64,000 nucleotides of DNA from an uncultured Hormoscilla sp. (GCA_963921275.4 OZ001293.3:160001-224000), one strand, 5' to 3'; positions 41,074-51,401 are shown, counted from the stretch's first letter. Translations and numbers: made by a program. The notes: generated by a model not told the origin, from the letters alone.

Positions 41074-42049
41074 ATGACAGAACCCCCCAATAATGAATTC
41101 AGAGAATTTGAATATCAGGGCTGGCAAAAATCAGCCCAGCAATATCATGCGTTTTTTGGTTCTTTAACTAATCAAACGATTGAGACTCTGCTGGATGCAG
41201 TAAATGCACGATCGGGTACAAAATTACTTGATATTGCCACTGGTCCTGGCTATGTAGCCGCTTAGGCCCAAGACCGCCAATGTCAGGCGATCGGGTTAGA
41301 TTTTTCGGAAGCGATGCTAGCTAAAACCCGCGAACTGCATCCGGAAATTGAATTCGTGCAAGGGGGCGCGGAATTTTTGCCCTTTGAGGATTCTCAATTT
41401 GATGCAGTGGTGATGAATTTTGGGATCTTGCATCTAGCTGAACCCGATCGGGCGATCGCGGAAGCCTTTCGGGTAATCCGTTCGGGAGGGAAATATGCTT
41501 TCACTGTTTGGAAAGATTTGCAACAATCGATCGGCATAAAGATCGTTCACGAAGCAATTCAAGGCTGTGCTTACTAGAGTTACTGCTGCCAGAGCCCCCC
41601 CTCCCAATGACACCAACAATGCAATAAAGCGCAAGTCGTATCCCTTACGGGACGCGCAGCGCAATCCCTTTCAAAGTATAATCCATTTTAACTCGATCTA
41701 CCTGGACTTCAGGTCGGCCCATGGGAATTTCACGGTAAGTCTTCCGGAAGGACCGCCATTTTTTTATTATAGCGACCCCAACAACTGCATGGAAGCCTTG
41801 CAAAAGGCAGGATTTGTAAATCAGATGGTGCAGGAAATGCAGCTAAGTTGGGAAATAGAGAGTGCAGAGGAATTGTTTGACGCTTTTGCTGAAGGGACAG
41901 GAAGAACGGGTGGTTTTCTGCGCAGACAAACAGAGGAATGTCTGGCAAAAATTCGGGAAGCGGTTCGTCAGGCTGCATCAAAATATATGCAAAATAACCA
42001 CCTGGTTTTACCGATGGCAGCTTTAGTGGCCTCTGCTGAAAAATTGTGA
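41074..42049 (+). pseudogene. Class I SAM methyltransferase; TAG at 41263 and ~154-bp insertion at 41562-41715
   Basis: LLDIATGPG, LPFEDSQFDAVV; EAIQ|AHGNF flanks the insert. Confidence 0.8.
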
Positions 42050-42210
42050 GTCAAAGGTACTCGGGTGCATCTCAGTTTTGCAAGCTGGCCCGCGCAGACG
42101 GGCTTTGTTCCTGTAGCCGGACCCTTTAGGGTTCGGCGGGGGTGGTATTAGACTACAAGTCATTTTCAGTAGCGCGTGCAAAAAATAGCATCATCCTCTG
42201 TGCAACTTTT

Positions 42211-42964
42211 CTACTTTGATTTGACATGAGTTTCTAAATGACCGGCCAGTTGAATAAAGAAACGTTTGGCACTAAGCATATCGCATGGTTGTGTTACAGA
42301 AGGTGGGTTTGCTAATTTTGAAAGTAACAAACAACCAGCATCATAATGTCTTTCTCGGATTAGTTTTGTTAGTAAGATTTCGTAACGTTTAGCGTAGGAG
42401 ACTCCAATCTTGTTTTTGGGAGTGTATGTGCGATCGTGAAATTCGGCAAATGTTTCAAAATGAGGTTCCTTCAGTTTAATAGCACTTGTTGATTTTCGAT
42501 GTTCTTCCAATACAAAGAGATATCCTAACCTTGGTTTGATTCGATCGCCAAAAGCTCCCTCTCGGTAAGCGATCCATAAGTCATTAGCACTACCAATTGC
42601 TTCTTCTGCTCGATTATTAAAATTTTTCCCAAATGACCCTACTTGAGACTTAAATTCCATAGCTGCAACCAGAACTTGCTCATCTATTATGAGAATATCC
42701 CATTTTTTTTCAGGACGAAAGTACCCAGGTAATTCCAGTGCTTTTGAATGAAAGATACAGTCTTCTGATATCCCCTTTTCTAGCGCAATTCTTACCGTAA
42801 TTTCCTCAAAACCAGCCATTTGTTTTACCACCAGTGACAGCTGCTCGACCAAGGGATTGCGCATCTCTTTTACCGGTTGTCTTTTGCTCTTGGTTTCTGC
42901 GCGTATCCCAAAAATATTTTACGGCGTCTTCAATAAGTTTGTCGAGATTGTCTAGTACAGTCAT
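42211..42964 (-). pseudogene. PaeR7I/XhoI-family type II restriction endonuclease; extra A near 42825
   Basis: AVKYFWDTR, GRAAVTGGK|QMAGF, LPGYFRPEKKWD, EFKSQVGSFGKNFNNRAEEAIG. Confidence 0.8.
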
Positions 42965-44262
42965 TTTGTTAATAAAACCATATCTTCAAAGTAAATCTTT
43001 CCTTTCTTGTATTGGTTAGATTTGCTATTCACATGTGCCATGTGACCGCGAATAATTTCTCGATTGACAATTTCACTCTTGACTCCTAAATTATTCCCCA
43101 TCTCTACGTAAATATCACCAAGCTTGATTTCATGCTCCTTAAAATAGGAAGATTGAACTACGATAATGGCTCGATCATTATGCTTCAAGACTCTGATAAT
43201 TTCTCTTAGAGATAATTCAATATCCCGAAAATACTGGAGCATATTAGGTAGGTAGTAGGATGTCGCGGCTTTACTCCCATGTTTCTGTACGTTTTCTAGT
43301 AGCTGTAAACAAGTTTTACCCCAGGTAGAATTAATTTTGATAGATTTGTCTACGATCACAGGAGCACCAATAGTGTTTTCCCTGATTGTTCTCAAAGTTT
43401 TCGGGTCGAACATAATCAGAAGTTCCGGTCTCGTTGACATGGCGTAATCAATTCGCGTTAAATATGGAGGAGATGTTATCACTGCATCGATCGCATTGTC
43501 TAGAAGGCAAATATTTCGAGAATCTGCTAAAAGTGGTAAATGCAAGATTTTATCATTTATTGCGATCGAGGATAAATCTAAATCCCGAATCATCGAACCG
43601 ACAACTCTCTTGTATTCCGAGATAATATCTGTTTCGCCTACCTCGGGTTTTTCTGATTGAGTTTTCACCCAAGTTGGGTTAGAGCCACATTTGTATCCAG
43701 CCAAATTCCGGGCTGTTATAAATAATGCTGCTTGGAAAAACGCCTGAAAAGGGTTGAGTTGAATTTTATCCTTGACAATCATTTTTAAGATTGCTCGATC
43801 GAAGTGGGGTTCGGGATACTCTTGTGAATGAACGATTGCATATAAATTCCGAATACCGCAGCAGAGGCTTGCAGATATAAAATCCCCAAGGGGGTCTGGG
43901 GTTGGGATTGAACCATGAAGGCTTTTACAGGTAATCTTTAGGGATAGTTCTGCTAGCAAATGTTTTTGGCCGAGCAAATAACCGCTCTTAGCATAGGAAA
44001 ATACATTCATTACAGGATTTATTTCGCATCCCAGGGTTGCTATTCCCCACCGGGAAGCAACCAGTGCTGTCGTCCCGCTGCCATTCCAAGGATCCAGCAG
44101 TAGAGGAGAGGAAGTAGAGTCAAGCTTTAGGTAGGCGATTGCCGAGGAAACGAAGGCTTCACTATAGCCAGCATAATAGGGATGCTAAGCATGTACCCCA
44201 AGTCGTTCTTTGCGGCTGCGTTTAGCACTAGCCAAGGTGGGAAAAAGAGAAGTTTGCAGCAT
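42961..44262 (-). pseudogene. Amino-type (probably N4-cytosine) DNA methyltransferase; in-frame TAG at 44185-44187
   Basis: HA*HPYYAGY, LDPWNGSGTT, ITSPPY; overlaps the REase start. Confidence 0.8.
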
Positions 44263-44325
44263 TGTCAGCTAGTTGATCGTTCTGGGTTGATGGTATGTGT
44301 GGCGACAATATACCATCAACAATAC

Positions 44326-45381
44326 TTATTTTGACTCTATCATCTGGCGGACCAAGGTGGCAAGACGATCGGCACTGTCGGGAACTGCTAGGGTTAAAGC
44401 ATTTTCCTGCATTTGAGCGAGACGATCGGGCGATCGCAGCAAGTTCAATACGGTCACCTTGAGGAGTTCGGGAGTGAGTTCTGCTTGGGGGAAAACATTG
44501 GCCGCACCCGCTGCGGCAAAGATGGCGGCATTGTAGGTTTGATGGTTGTCGGCAGCGTAGGGATAAGGGATTAAAATTGCAGGCGTCCCGGCGATCGCCA
44601 ATTCGGTCAGGGTACCGGCACCAGCGCGGGAGATGACAAGAGTCGCCGGTTGCAATAATGCTGCGACGTTGTCAGAAAATGGCATCGGAAAATATTGCCC
44701 ATGCTGCAAACTGCCCGCATCGGGGTCGTTGTCCCCAGTTAAATGGGCGATCGCCACACCTGCATCCCACCAAGCAGGGGCACATGCACGCACGAGTTTG
44801 TTAACAGGAACGGCTCCCTGAGAGCCACCGAGGACTACAATTAGGGGCATGTTTTCTTCGATGGGCAGATCTAGGGGTTGAGGGTGGTAAAATTGCGATC
44901 GCACGGGAGTACCGACATAAACAGTCCGAGCGCGACGGAGGTAAGCAGAAGCTGACTTAAACCCCAAGGCAACAGTATGACACCAGGGAGCAAATAAGCG
45001 AGTCACCCTACCGGGAAAGGCATTAGATTCGTGGAGCATAACTGGCAACCCCAAAGAACGAGCTGCTATAATCGCTGGGGCGGAAATATAACCGCCAGTG
45101 GTGAACACCCCTTTAATCTGCTGGTCCTGAAGCAGTTGTCTGCAGGTACGAATGGAACTGACCAGATGCCCCATGATTTTGAAAGTACCCAGACCAAAGC
45201 GCTGTTGAAATCCTTCGACGGCAATGCGGTGCAGGGGGTACTCTTGGGGGACGAGTTTGGTTTCCAGGCGGTTGGGGACTCCTAGCCATTGTATTTTATA
45301 GTCCTGCAGTTGCTCTGCTACTGCTAGGGCTGGAAATAGATGTCCGCCGGTGCCACTGGCGGCTATGAGTAGATTTGACAT
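44326..45381 (-). CDS. murG: Lipid II GlcNAc transferase
   Basis: SGTGGHLFP, HESN, GGSQGA, RAGAGT, HQTYNA. Confidence 0.95.
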   Translation of the reverse strand: MSNLLIAASGTGGHLFPALAVAEQLQDYKIQWLGVPNRLETKLVPQEYPLHRIAVEGFQQRFGLGTFKIMGHLVSSIRTCRQLLQDQQIKGVFTTGGYISAPAIIAARSLGLPVMLHESNAFPGRVTRLFAPWCHTVALGFKSASAYLRRARTVYVGTPVRSQFYHPQPLDLPIEENMPLIVVLGGSQGAVPVNKLVRACAPAWWDAGVAIAHLTGDNDPDAGSLQHGQYFPMPFSDNVAALLQPATLVISRAGAGTLTELAIAGTPAILIPYPYAADNHQTYNAAIFAAAGAANVFPQAELTPELLKVTVLNLLRSPDRLAQMQENALTLAVPDSADRLATLVRQMIESK

Positions 45382-45453
45382 GGAAATAGGTTCGGCTTAA
45401 GGGTTTACGTTAAGTTAGTAGAATCAGTAATCGGCTGTGAGTCAACATTAACT

Positions 45454-46284
45454 ATGCACATTTTGAGTTTATTGTCAAAGAAGTCTTCTGGTCAGGCCAG
45501 ATCGAGGCGAACAGTACGTGCGATCGCGCCCCTGTTAGTGAGTTTATCGGTTTGGCGTGCGGGGATGCTACCAGGGAGTATTGCCAGGGCCGAAACCGCC
45601 CAAACCGCCCCACCAGAGGTAATCGCGCTGCTGGCAGATCTTGATGCAGCGGCAAATAATCGTAGACTTAAGAAGCTGATGCGGTTCTATGACAATAATT
45701 TTACCAATTCTGATGGTTTGAATCGCTCCTCGATGCAACGGGTGTTAAAGCAATTGTGGTCGAGTAGCCCGCAGTTAGAATATAGCACGGAAATTATATC
45801 TTGGGAAGAGAATGATGAAGAGTTGATTCTGGAAACTGTGACGCAAATCACTGGTGTTCGGGAAATGGCTGGCAGACAGATGAATCTTATCTCTACCATC
45901 CGATCGCGCCAGCGCTTTGCCGATCGGAAGCTAGTGCAGCAGGATATTTTAGCCGAACGTACTCTGTTGACTTCTGGTGCTAACCCTCCTACTGTGGAGA
46001 TGAGATTACTGGAGCAGGTAAAAGTCAATCAGCGGTATAATCTGGATGTGATTGTCCAAGAACCCCTGGGGGATGATTTGCTGATGGGTTCTCTGATCGA
46101 GGAACCTATCAGGGCCGACAATCATTTTAAGCCAGCAACTGCGGATTTGGAGTTAATTTCTGCGGGTGGGATATTTAAGCAAGGTGTAGCACCCGGTTTG
46201 TCTGATAACCGCTGGGTTTCCGCTGTCTTTGTACGGGGGGGCGGCATTACTATGATCACTCAGCGCTTGCGCATTGTCCCGTAA
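45454..46284 (+). CDS. Exported NTF2-like cyanobacterial protein
   Basis: LDAAAN...FTNSDGL; AGGIFK; signal-like N-terminus. Confidence 0.7.
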   Translation: MHILSLLSKKSSGQARSRRTVRAIAPLLVSLSVWRAGMLPGSIARAETAQTAPPEVIALLADLDAAANNRRLKKLMRFYDNNFTNSDGLNRSSMQRVLKQLWSSSPQLEYSTEIISWEENDEELILETVTQITGVREMAGRQMNLISTIRSRQRFADRKLVQQDILAERTLLTSGANPPTVEMRLLEQVKVNQRYNLDVIVQEPLGDDLLMGSLIEEPIRADNHFKPATADLELISAGGIFKQGVAPGLSDNRWVSAVFVRGGGITMITQRLRIVP

Positions 46285-46315
46285 TCGCCCTCGCCCGCCC
46301 ATTTTTTCGGTATTA

Positions 46316-46744
46316 TTACGCCTCAGATGCGCCCAAAAGCCGCACGGGAAAGCCTCGTCCCACTGCATTACGATAGAGGGGACCATCGAGAGTCCAGAGT
46401 TCAGCGTTCAAGGTTTCTGCTAATGCCAAGTAAGCAGCATCGTAGGCACTGCGGCGGCCCAAGGATAAGGCTATTTCCACGACTCTCGTTCCTCCTGAGA
46501 AAAGATGATAGATAATGGAAAGCTTGTTGATATAATTCCATGCTTCTGGCAATTTTTCCTGTGGGAATATTCCTGCCGCAATTAACCGTGTTAGGGAATT
46601 AGCAATTTCATAATATGCTAAGACCGGAACATGAATTTCTATCCCTTGCTCTTCCCATTCGTCGAACTGCCTCTGAACTATCGGACGGCGAGGATCTCCA
46701 TTGGCTAAAACTACTATCAGATTTGAATCGACTACAACTGCCAT
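46316..46744 (-). CDS. VapC PIN-domain toxin
   Basis: VVDSN, YEIANSL, SAYDAAYLALAE, LWTLD. Confidence 0.9.
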   Translation of the reverse strand: MAVVVDSNLIVVLANGDPRRPIVQRQFDEWEEQGIEIHVPVLAYYEIANSLTRLIAAGIFPQEKLPEAWNYINKLSIIYHLFSGGTRVVEIALSLGRRSAYDAAYLALAETLNAELWTLDGPLYRNAVGRGFPVRLLGASEA

Positions 46745-46747
46745 CAG

Positions 46748-47017
46748 CTAAAATATCCCCCGCTGTTCTAACTGTTCCCGACTTTCTCGTACTAATTTCA
46801 CCGTATCTACTGGAGGCAGGTCTTTAGTTAGTTGACGCAGTGATTCTAGAGCCTCTTTCGGGGTCATGTGCTTCCCTTCTGGACGCGGCAGATAGAGGTT
46901 AATCATTTTCGCTGCCATCCCTTCTGGTGTCGTCTTGAATTTTTCCGCTTCCCATTCCAGATACTTCCAGTCTTCTGCTGGTATTTCTATGGTAATCTTT
47001 TTTACTTCTTTGCTCAT
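46748..47017 (-). CDS. Antitoxin-like protein, copy 4 (toxin-proximal)
   Basis: KKITIEIP RHH-like N-terminus; DTVKLVRESRE; 3 nt before vapC. Confidence 0.75.
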   Translation of the reverse strand: MSKEVKKITIEIPAEDWKYLEWEAEKFKTTPEGMAAKMINLYLPRPEGKHMTPKEALESLRQLTKDLPPVDTVKLVRESREQLEQRGIF

Positions 47018-47085
47018 TTTTCTTTCCTCAATATACTCCTCTCGTCATTCTAACCACATTGCACCTTGTTGTCAAGGTCTTTCGG

Positions 47086-47370
47086 CTAAAATATCCCCCG
47101 CTGTTCTAACTGTTCCCGGCTCTCTCCTACTAATTTTACCGCATCGATCGTCGGCAGGTCTTTGCCAGGCATGTCTTTGCGTAGTTGACGCAGTGACTCT
47201 AAAGCCTCCTTAAAAGTCCCGGGCTTCTCTTCTGGACGCGGCAGGTAGAGGTTAATCATTTTCGCTGCGATCGCTTCTGGTGTCGTCTTGAATTTTTTCG
47301 CTTCCCATTCTAGATACTTCCAATCTTCTGCTGGTATTTCGATGGTAATCGTTTTTACTTCTTTGCTCAT
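47086..47370 (-). CDS. Antitoxin-like protein, copy 3
   Basis: Paralogue of 46748-47017 with a divergent middle. Confidence 0.75.
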   Translation of the reverse strand: MSKEVKTITIEIPAEDWKYLEWEAKKFKTTPEAIAAKMINLYLPRPEEKPGTFKEALESLRQLRKDMPGKDLPTIDAVKLVGESREQLEQRGIF

Positions 47371-47394
47371 CTTTCTTTCCTCAATCTACTCCTC

Positions 47395-47423
47395 ATTATA
47401 ACCGCATCTCACCTTGTTTTCAA
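47395..47423 (-). promoter_or_regulatory. Sigma-70 promoter, repeated in every antitoxin unit (also 47047-47075, 47730-47758, 48056-48084)
   Basis: TTGAAA-17-TATAAT twice; TTGACA-17-TAGAAT; TTGACA-17-TATCAT. Confidence 0.8.
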
Positions 47424-47433
47424 GGTCTTTCGG

Positions 47434-47700
47434 CTAAAATATCCCCCGCTGTTCTAACTCTTCCCGACTCTCTCGTACTAATTTTACCGTATCTACTGCT
47501 GGAATGTCCTTGCCTAGTTCATAGAGCCGCAATAGCGCTTCATCGGGATCCATTCGCACCTCAGTCCGAGGCAGGTATATCCTCATCATTTTCGCTGCGA
47601 TCGCTTCTGGTGTCGTCTTGAATTTTTCCGCTTCCCATTCCAGATACTTCCAGTCTTCTGCTGGTATTTCGATGGTAATTGTTTTTACTTCTTTGCTCAT
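47434..47700 (-). CDS. Antitoxin-like protein, copy 2
   Basis: Paralogue with the most divergent middle (TEVRMDPDEALLRLYELGKDI). Confidence 0.75.
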   Translation of the reverse strand: MSKEVKTITIEIPAEDWKYLEWEAEKFKTTPEAIAAKMMRIYLPRTEVRMDPDEALLRLYELGKDIPAVDTVKLVRESREELEQRGIF

Positions 47701-47768
47701 CTTCCTTTCTTCGATATACTCTTCTCATCATTATAACCGCATCTCACCTTGTTTTCAAGGTCTTTCGG

Positions 47769-48038
47769 CTAAAATATCCCCTGCTGTTCTAACTGTTCCC
47801 GACTCTCTCGTACTAATTTCACCGTATCTACCGGAGGCAGGTCTTCAGTTAGTTGACGCAGTGACTCTAGAGCCTCCTTAAAAGTCATGTGCTTCCCTTC
47901 TGGACGCGGCAGGTAGAGGTTAATCATTTTCGCTGCCATTGTTTCTGGTGTCGTCTTGAATTTTTCTGCTTCCCATTCCAGATACTTCCAGTCTTCTGCT
48001 GGTATTTCGATGGTAATTGTTTTTACTTCTTTGCTCAT
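47769..48038 (-). CDS. Antitoxin-like protein, copy 1
   Basis: Close to copy 4 in sequence. Confidence 0.75.
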   Translation of the reverse strand: MSKEVKTITIEIPAEDWKYLEWEAEKFKTTPETMAAKMINLYLPRPEGKHMTFKEALESLRQLTEDLPPVDTVKLVRESREQLEQQGIF

Positions 48039-48110
48039 CTTTCTCTCCCAATTATATGATAACTACATCTCACCTTGTTGTCAAGGACTTGCTGAATGTA
48101 CAGGCGATCG

Positions 48111-48259
48111 GGTGCATCTCACTTTTGCCTCGCCACCACCGCCGGAACCCTGAAGGGTCCGGCTACAGGAACAAAGCCGCCTGCTTCGATGTCTCGGAAG
48201 AGCGCTATTCGCACTACTCCCGAGACATCGAGGGCTAGATTACAAAATAGAGATGCTCC
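48111..48259. mobile_element. MITE-like element (related copy at ~42064-42196)
   Basis: Imperfect TIRs GGTGCATCTCACTTTTG / CAAAATAGAGATGCTCC. Confidence 0.5.
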
Positions 48260-48278
48260 CCAGGCGATCGCCTCAATT

Positions 48279-48683
48279 TTATGTTCTGAGCCAGTTTTCT
48301 ACAGTCAGTCCCTGAACCCTCAACATATCTGAATCATCGGAAACCAGAATTAAGTTGTGTGCTATTGCTGTCGCCGCTATCAAGATATCTGCATCTTGGA
48401 TCGGTCTTCCTTTTCGTTTCAAGTCGGCATAAATTTCGGACGCTCTCGCGATTATTTCTAGATCGTCCAATAATAAAACTTGCGCTTCTTGGCAGAGAAC
48501 AAGAAAATCGGATATTTTCCTGGTAGCATTGACAGCCAGCAGCCCTCTTTTCACCTCATAGTAGGTGATGCAACTCATATACAATCCTTGTCTTTGGTTC
48601 CGCAGTTCCTGAATCTTTTGTTCGATCCTTTGATTATTCTTCAAAATCGCCGTGACGATATTCGTATCCAGCAGATAACTCAC
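48279..48683 (-). CDS. VapC PIN-domain toxin
   Basis: YLLDTNI, YYEV, DADILIAATA, LVSDD, ENW. Confidence 0.92.
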   Translation of the reverse strand: MSYLLDTNIVTAILKNNQRIEQKIQELRNQRQGLYMSCITYYEVKRGLLAVNATRKISDFLVLCQEAQVLLLDDLEIIARASEIYADLKRKGRPIQDADILIAATAIAHNLILVSDDSDMLRVQGLTVENWLRT

Positions 48684-48688
48684 TTTCT

Positions 48689-48985
48689 CTATCTCCCAGC
48701 AACTGCGGCATCAAAAATTTCCATCTCTTCCGGAGTCAAATCAGCTAACAACCCAGACATCGCCTTAAATACCATGATATCCTTCATGATGCTGGTCAGC
48801 TCATCATCGGGAATTTCCATCACTTGTTCGGGGGTCCATGTCTCTAACATCCCGTCTGATAACATTTTACTCATTTCCGCTGGGTCGAATTTCTGGAATA
48901 TGCTTTTGCTTTGAATCAAGTTCGAGACTATCTCTGAGATGCGGGTTCTTACTTCACCGGTCATGTCTACAGCAGTTTTGTTCAT
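48689..48985 (-). CDS. Probable antitoxin of the 48279-48683 VapC
   Basis: Small acidic ORF 5 nt upstream of vapC. Confidence 0.6.
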   Translation of the reverse strand: MNKTAVDMTGEVRTRISEIVSNLIQSKSIFQKFDPAEMSKMLSDGMLETWTPEQVMEIPDDELTSIMKDIMVFKAMSGLLADLTPEEMEIFDAAVAGR

Positions 48986-49102
48986 AAGTCCTCCTAGTTG
49001 ACGATCGCGAAACGGACTCTCGCATCGAGTGCTTCTTTGATTATAGCTTACTTTTGCTCTTGCATCCTAATGTCAGTTATTTTCCCACCAGGTTTCGTTC
49101 CT

Positions 49103-49202
49103 GATGCTGTTGGCGAATTGGGAGAAAGCCAAATTTATCGTTGATGCTGTCTACCGTAGAAAAGGGGTTTCAGAGAATTAAACTGATTTCGCCAACAGCA
49201 TC
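49103..49202. mobile_element. 100-bp MITE inserted inside a GGTTTCGTTCCT...CAACCCAACCTAC repeat
   Basis: TIRs GATGCTGTTGGCGAA / TTCGCCAACAGCATC. Confidence 0.75.
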
Positions 49203-49275
49203 CATGCCTCAACCCAACCTACGGGCGATGAAATTTTTATTATGGGCATTTAATCGGACATGATATAACCTCACA

Positions 49276-49611
49276 TTAGACAGAGCCATATTCAGTGTAC
49301 TGTCGCTTGTAGGGAGGCTGCAACCCGAGGACGATATCCTCTTTAGGGACTCCCATTGCAACTAATTCTTCTGCTGGATTTCGATCGGTTAAATTCTGTT
49401 GAAGCCAGATTTTACCATCTTTAATATCAAAGTGTATCACACATCGATAGACGCGATTAAGATGCTGCCACCCCACATTCATCCATTGATAATGATCTCG
49501 AACTGTGTCCAAGATCAGTTGAACCTCCACTTGGTCATCCGAGATATCGTTACTAGCGTAACGAGTCAACAGATTCTGAATATACTCCCGATATTTTGTT
49601 ATCTTCTCCAT
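49276..49611 (-). CDS. xisI: XisI-family protein
   Basis: DHYQWMNVGW, HFDIKDGKIWLQ, GVPKEDIVLG. Confidence 0.92.
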   Translation of the reverse strand: MEKITKYREYIQNLLTRYASNDISDDQVEVQLILDTVRDHYQWMNVGWQHLNRVYRCVIHFDIKDGKIWLQQNLTDRNPAEELVAMGVPKEDIVLGLQPPYKRQYTEYGSV

Positions 49612-50012
49612 TGCACAATCACCTCATTAACTGGATCGTATACAATTAGCCAAATCTGATATAATTGTATTGCCGCTTGGGTAAACTCCAATTGAAAAAA
49701 TGTTTCATATGCATCCAATGGAACCGCCAAGTAGAGCGCCCTTTCAGGTTCAGTGTCTGACAATCCCAGGCGGTAACTAAGGAACTGACCCAAAGCGGGG
49801 TAGAAGTCTGTAATTGCAGAGGGATTGAGAAAGCTCTTGATCTCAACTGCTATTTTTTCACCCTCTCTCTCTGCTGCTACTATTCTTTCTAAGGCCAGAT
49901 CGACCTGAAAATTGACGTTACCATATTGAAACCTCAGTGGATCGTCTGTGATTGTCCACCGTTCTTTTTGAAGAGCTTGTTTTACTGCTTCGTGGAACTT
50001 ATCCTTAAACAT
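49599..50012 (-). CDS. xisH: XisH-family protein
   Basis: WTITDDP, IAVEIKSF, ALGQF, LYLAVP. Confidence 0.92.
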   Translation of the reverse strand: MFKDKFHEAVKQALQKERWTITDDPLRFQYGNVNFQVDLALERIVAAEREGEKIAVEIKSFLNPSAITDFYPALGQFLSYRLGLSDTEPERALYLAVPLDAYETFFQLEFTQAAIQLYQIWLIVYDPVNEVIVQWRR

Positions 50013-50205
50013 ATTGATGAGATCGAGCCTTTTGATTATTTTACCCGATATCTTGCACTATCAATAGTTTGTAATACTTCGTAGGTTTTGCATGGCGGCA
50101 GGTACATTTGTCATTGCGAGGGTCGTGTCCAGAGATACCACCCATGTCACGCGCGAAAGCGTGACAGGGTGGTACTCTCGGACACGAGGGGGTACTCCGC
50201 AGCTT

Positions 50206-50285
50206 GCGAGCAATAGGGTTACACCGTGCGAGCAATAGGGTTACACCGGTGCGAGCAGTAAGGTTACACCGGTGCGAGCAATAAC
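50206..50285. repeat. 21-22 bp tandem repeat (~3.5 copies)
   Basis: TGCGAGCAATAGGGTTACACC(G)G. Confidence 0.85.
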
Positions 50286-50422
50286 CTCATAGCGGGTGTG
50301 GTCTTGCACTAGTTGGTATGGCATCAAGGGTACTGTGACCGAGATTGCGCTCTCAAGAGAACTGCCCATCTTGAATCTACAGAAGTTTTTCTTGTCATTA
50401 GCTATTTCAACAGCACAACGCA

Positions 50423-50665
50423 GCTTGACAATAAGCCATTGTTGGCTTACAATAAACTATTGCTGGCTTACAATAAACTATTGCTGGCTTACAGCGAATC
50501 ATTCACTGGCTTACAATAAGCTATTGCTGGCTTACAATAAGCTATTGTTGACTTATAATAAGCTATTGCTGGCTTACAATAAGCTATTGTTGGCTTACAA
50601 TAAGCTATTGTTGGCTTACAATAAGCTATTGTTGGCTTACTGTTGGCTTACAATAAGCTATTGTA
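50423..50665. repeat. 21-bp tandem repeat (~11 copies)
   Basis: GGCTTACAATAA(G/A)CTATTG(C/T)T. Confidence 0.9.
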
Positions 50666-50789
50666 AACCTATTGTAAACCTATTGGGTGTTACAATTTTC
50701 TGACACTCGGCGCCAGCAGCCGCTCCCAAAATCGCCGTGCCGGGCACGGCGACACCGTAATTCAAATAGAGATAAACAAAGAGGAAAAA

Positions 50790-51401
50790 ATGGCTAAATT
50801 TCCAAGAACTGAACCAGAAGTTATTGCTCTCGCTCAAGCTGTAATCGCCGGATTAACGGCTAACACCACTGTCTATCCCTCACCACCACTGACAATAGAA
50901 GAGTTGACAATTAACCTTAACAAGGTTATCGCCTCCCAAAACGCGACGATCGCTGCTACCGCCGCCGCCAAAGAGGCAACAATCGCTAAAAACAAAGCTT
51001 TGGAAATGCTGACAGATAGCCTCAAAAGGGTATTGCGCTATGCCGAGAACACCGTAAATTATAGCGATGAAAAGCTGGAAGTATTGGGCTGGAGAGGGCG
51101 ATCGCGTCCCAGTTCCCAAGGCGCTCCCGGGCAAGTACGCTCTCTGAAAATCGTCAGTCAAGGACCGGCCTGGATAGCTTTAGCTTGGAAAGCCCCGACA
51201 GAAGGAGGTCTCGTAAAAGCATATAAAGTGCAACGTCGCATTACCGCTGAGGAAAACGAGCCTATGGATGTGGGCACTGCTCTAGAGTCAGAAATCGCTC
51301 TAGTCAATCAACCCCGGGGGAAAGAGTTAATTTACCAAGTGATCGCCATTAATAAAGCAGGAGAAGGAACCCCAAGCAATATAGTCACGGTAATTCTGTG
51401 A
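50790..51401 (+). CDS. Helical N-domain + fibronectin type III domain protein
   Basis: GAGGA RBS; APGQVRSL...IALAWKAP...YKVQ...YQVIAINKAGEGTPSN. Confidence 0.8.
   Translation: MAKFPRTEPEVIALAQAVIAGLTANTTVYPSPPLTIEELTINLNKVIASQNATIAATAAAKEATIAKNKALEMLTDSLKRVLRYAENTVNYSDEKLEVLGWRGRSRPSSQGAPGQVRSLKIVSQGPAWIALAWKAPTEGGLVKAYKVQRRITAEENEPMDVGTALESEIALVNQPRGKELIYQVIAINKAGEGTPSNIVTVIL

Noticed and set aside
49276..50012. Heterocyst excision element
   Set aside because: No xisF recombinase or interrupted fdxN; stand-alone xisHI pairs are common in cyanobacteria
50423..50665. CRISPR array or DGR template
   Set aside because: Head-to-tail repeats without spacers; no reverse transcriptase and no TR/VR pair
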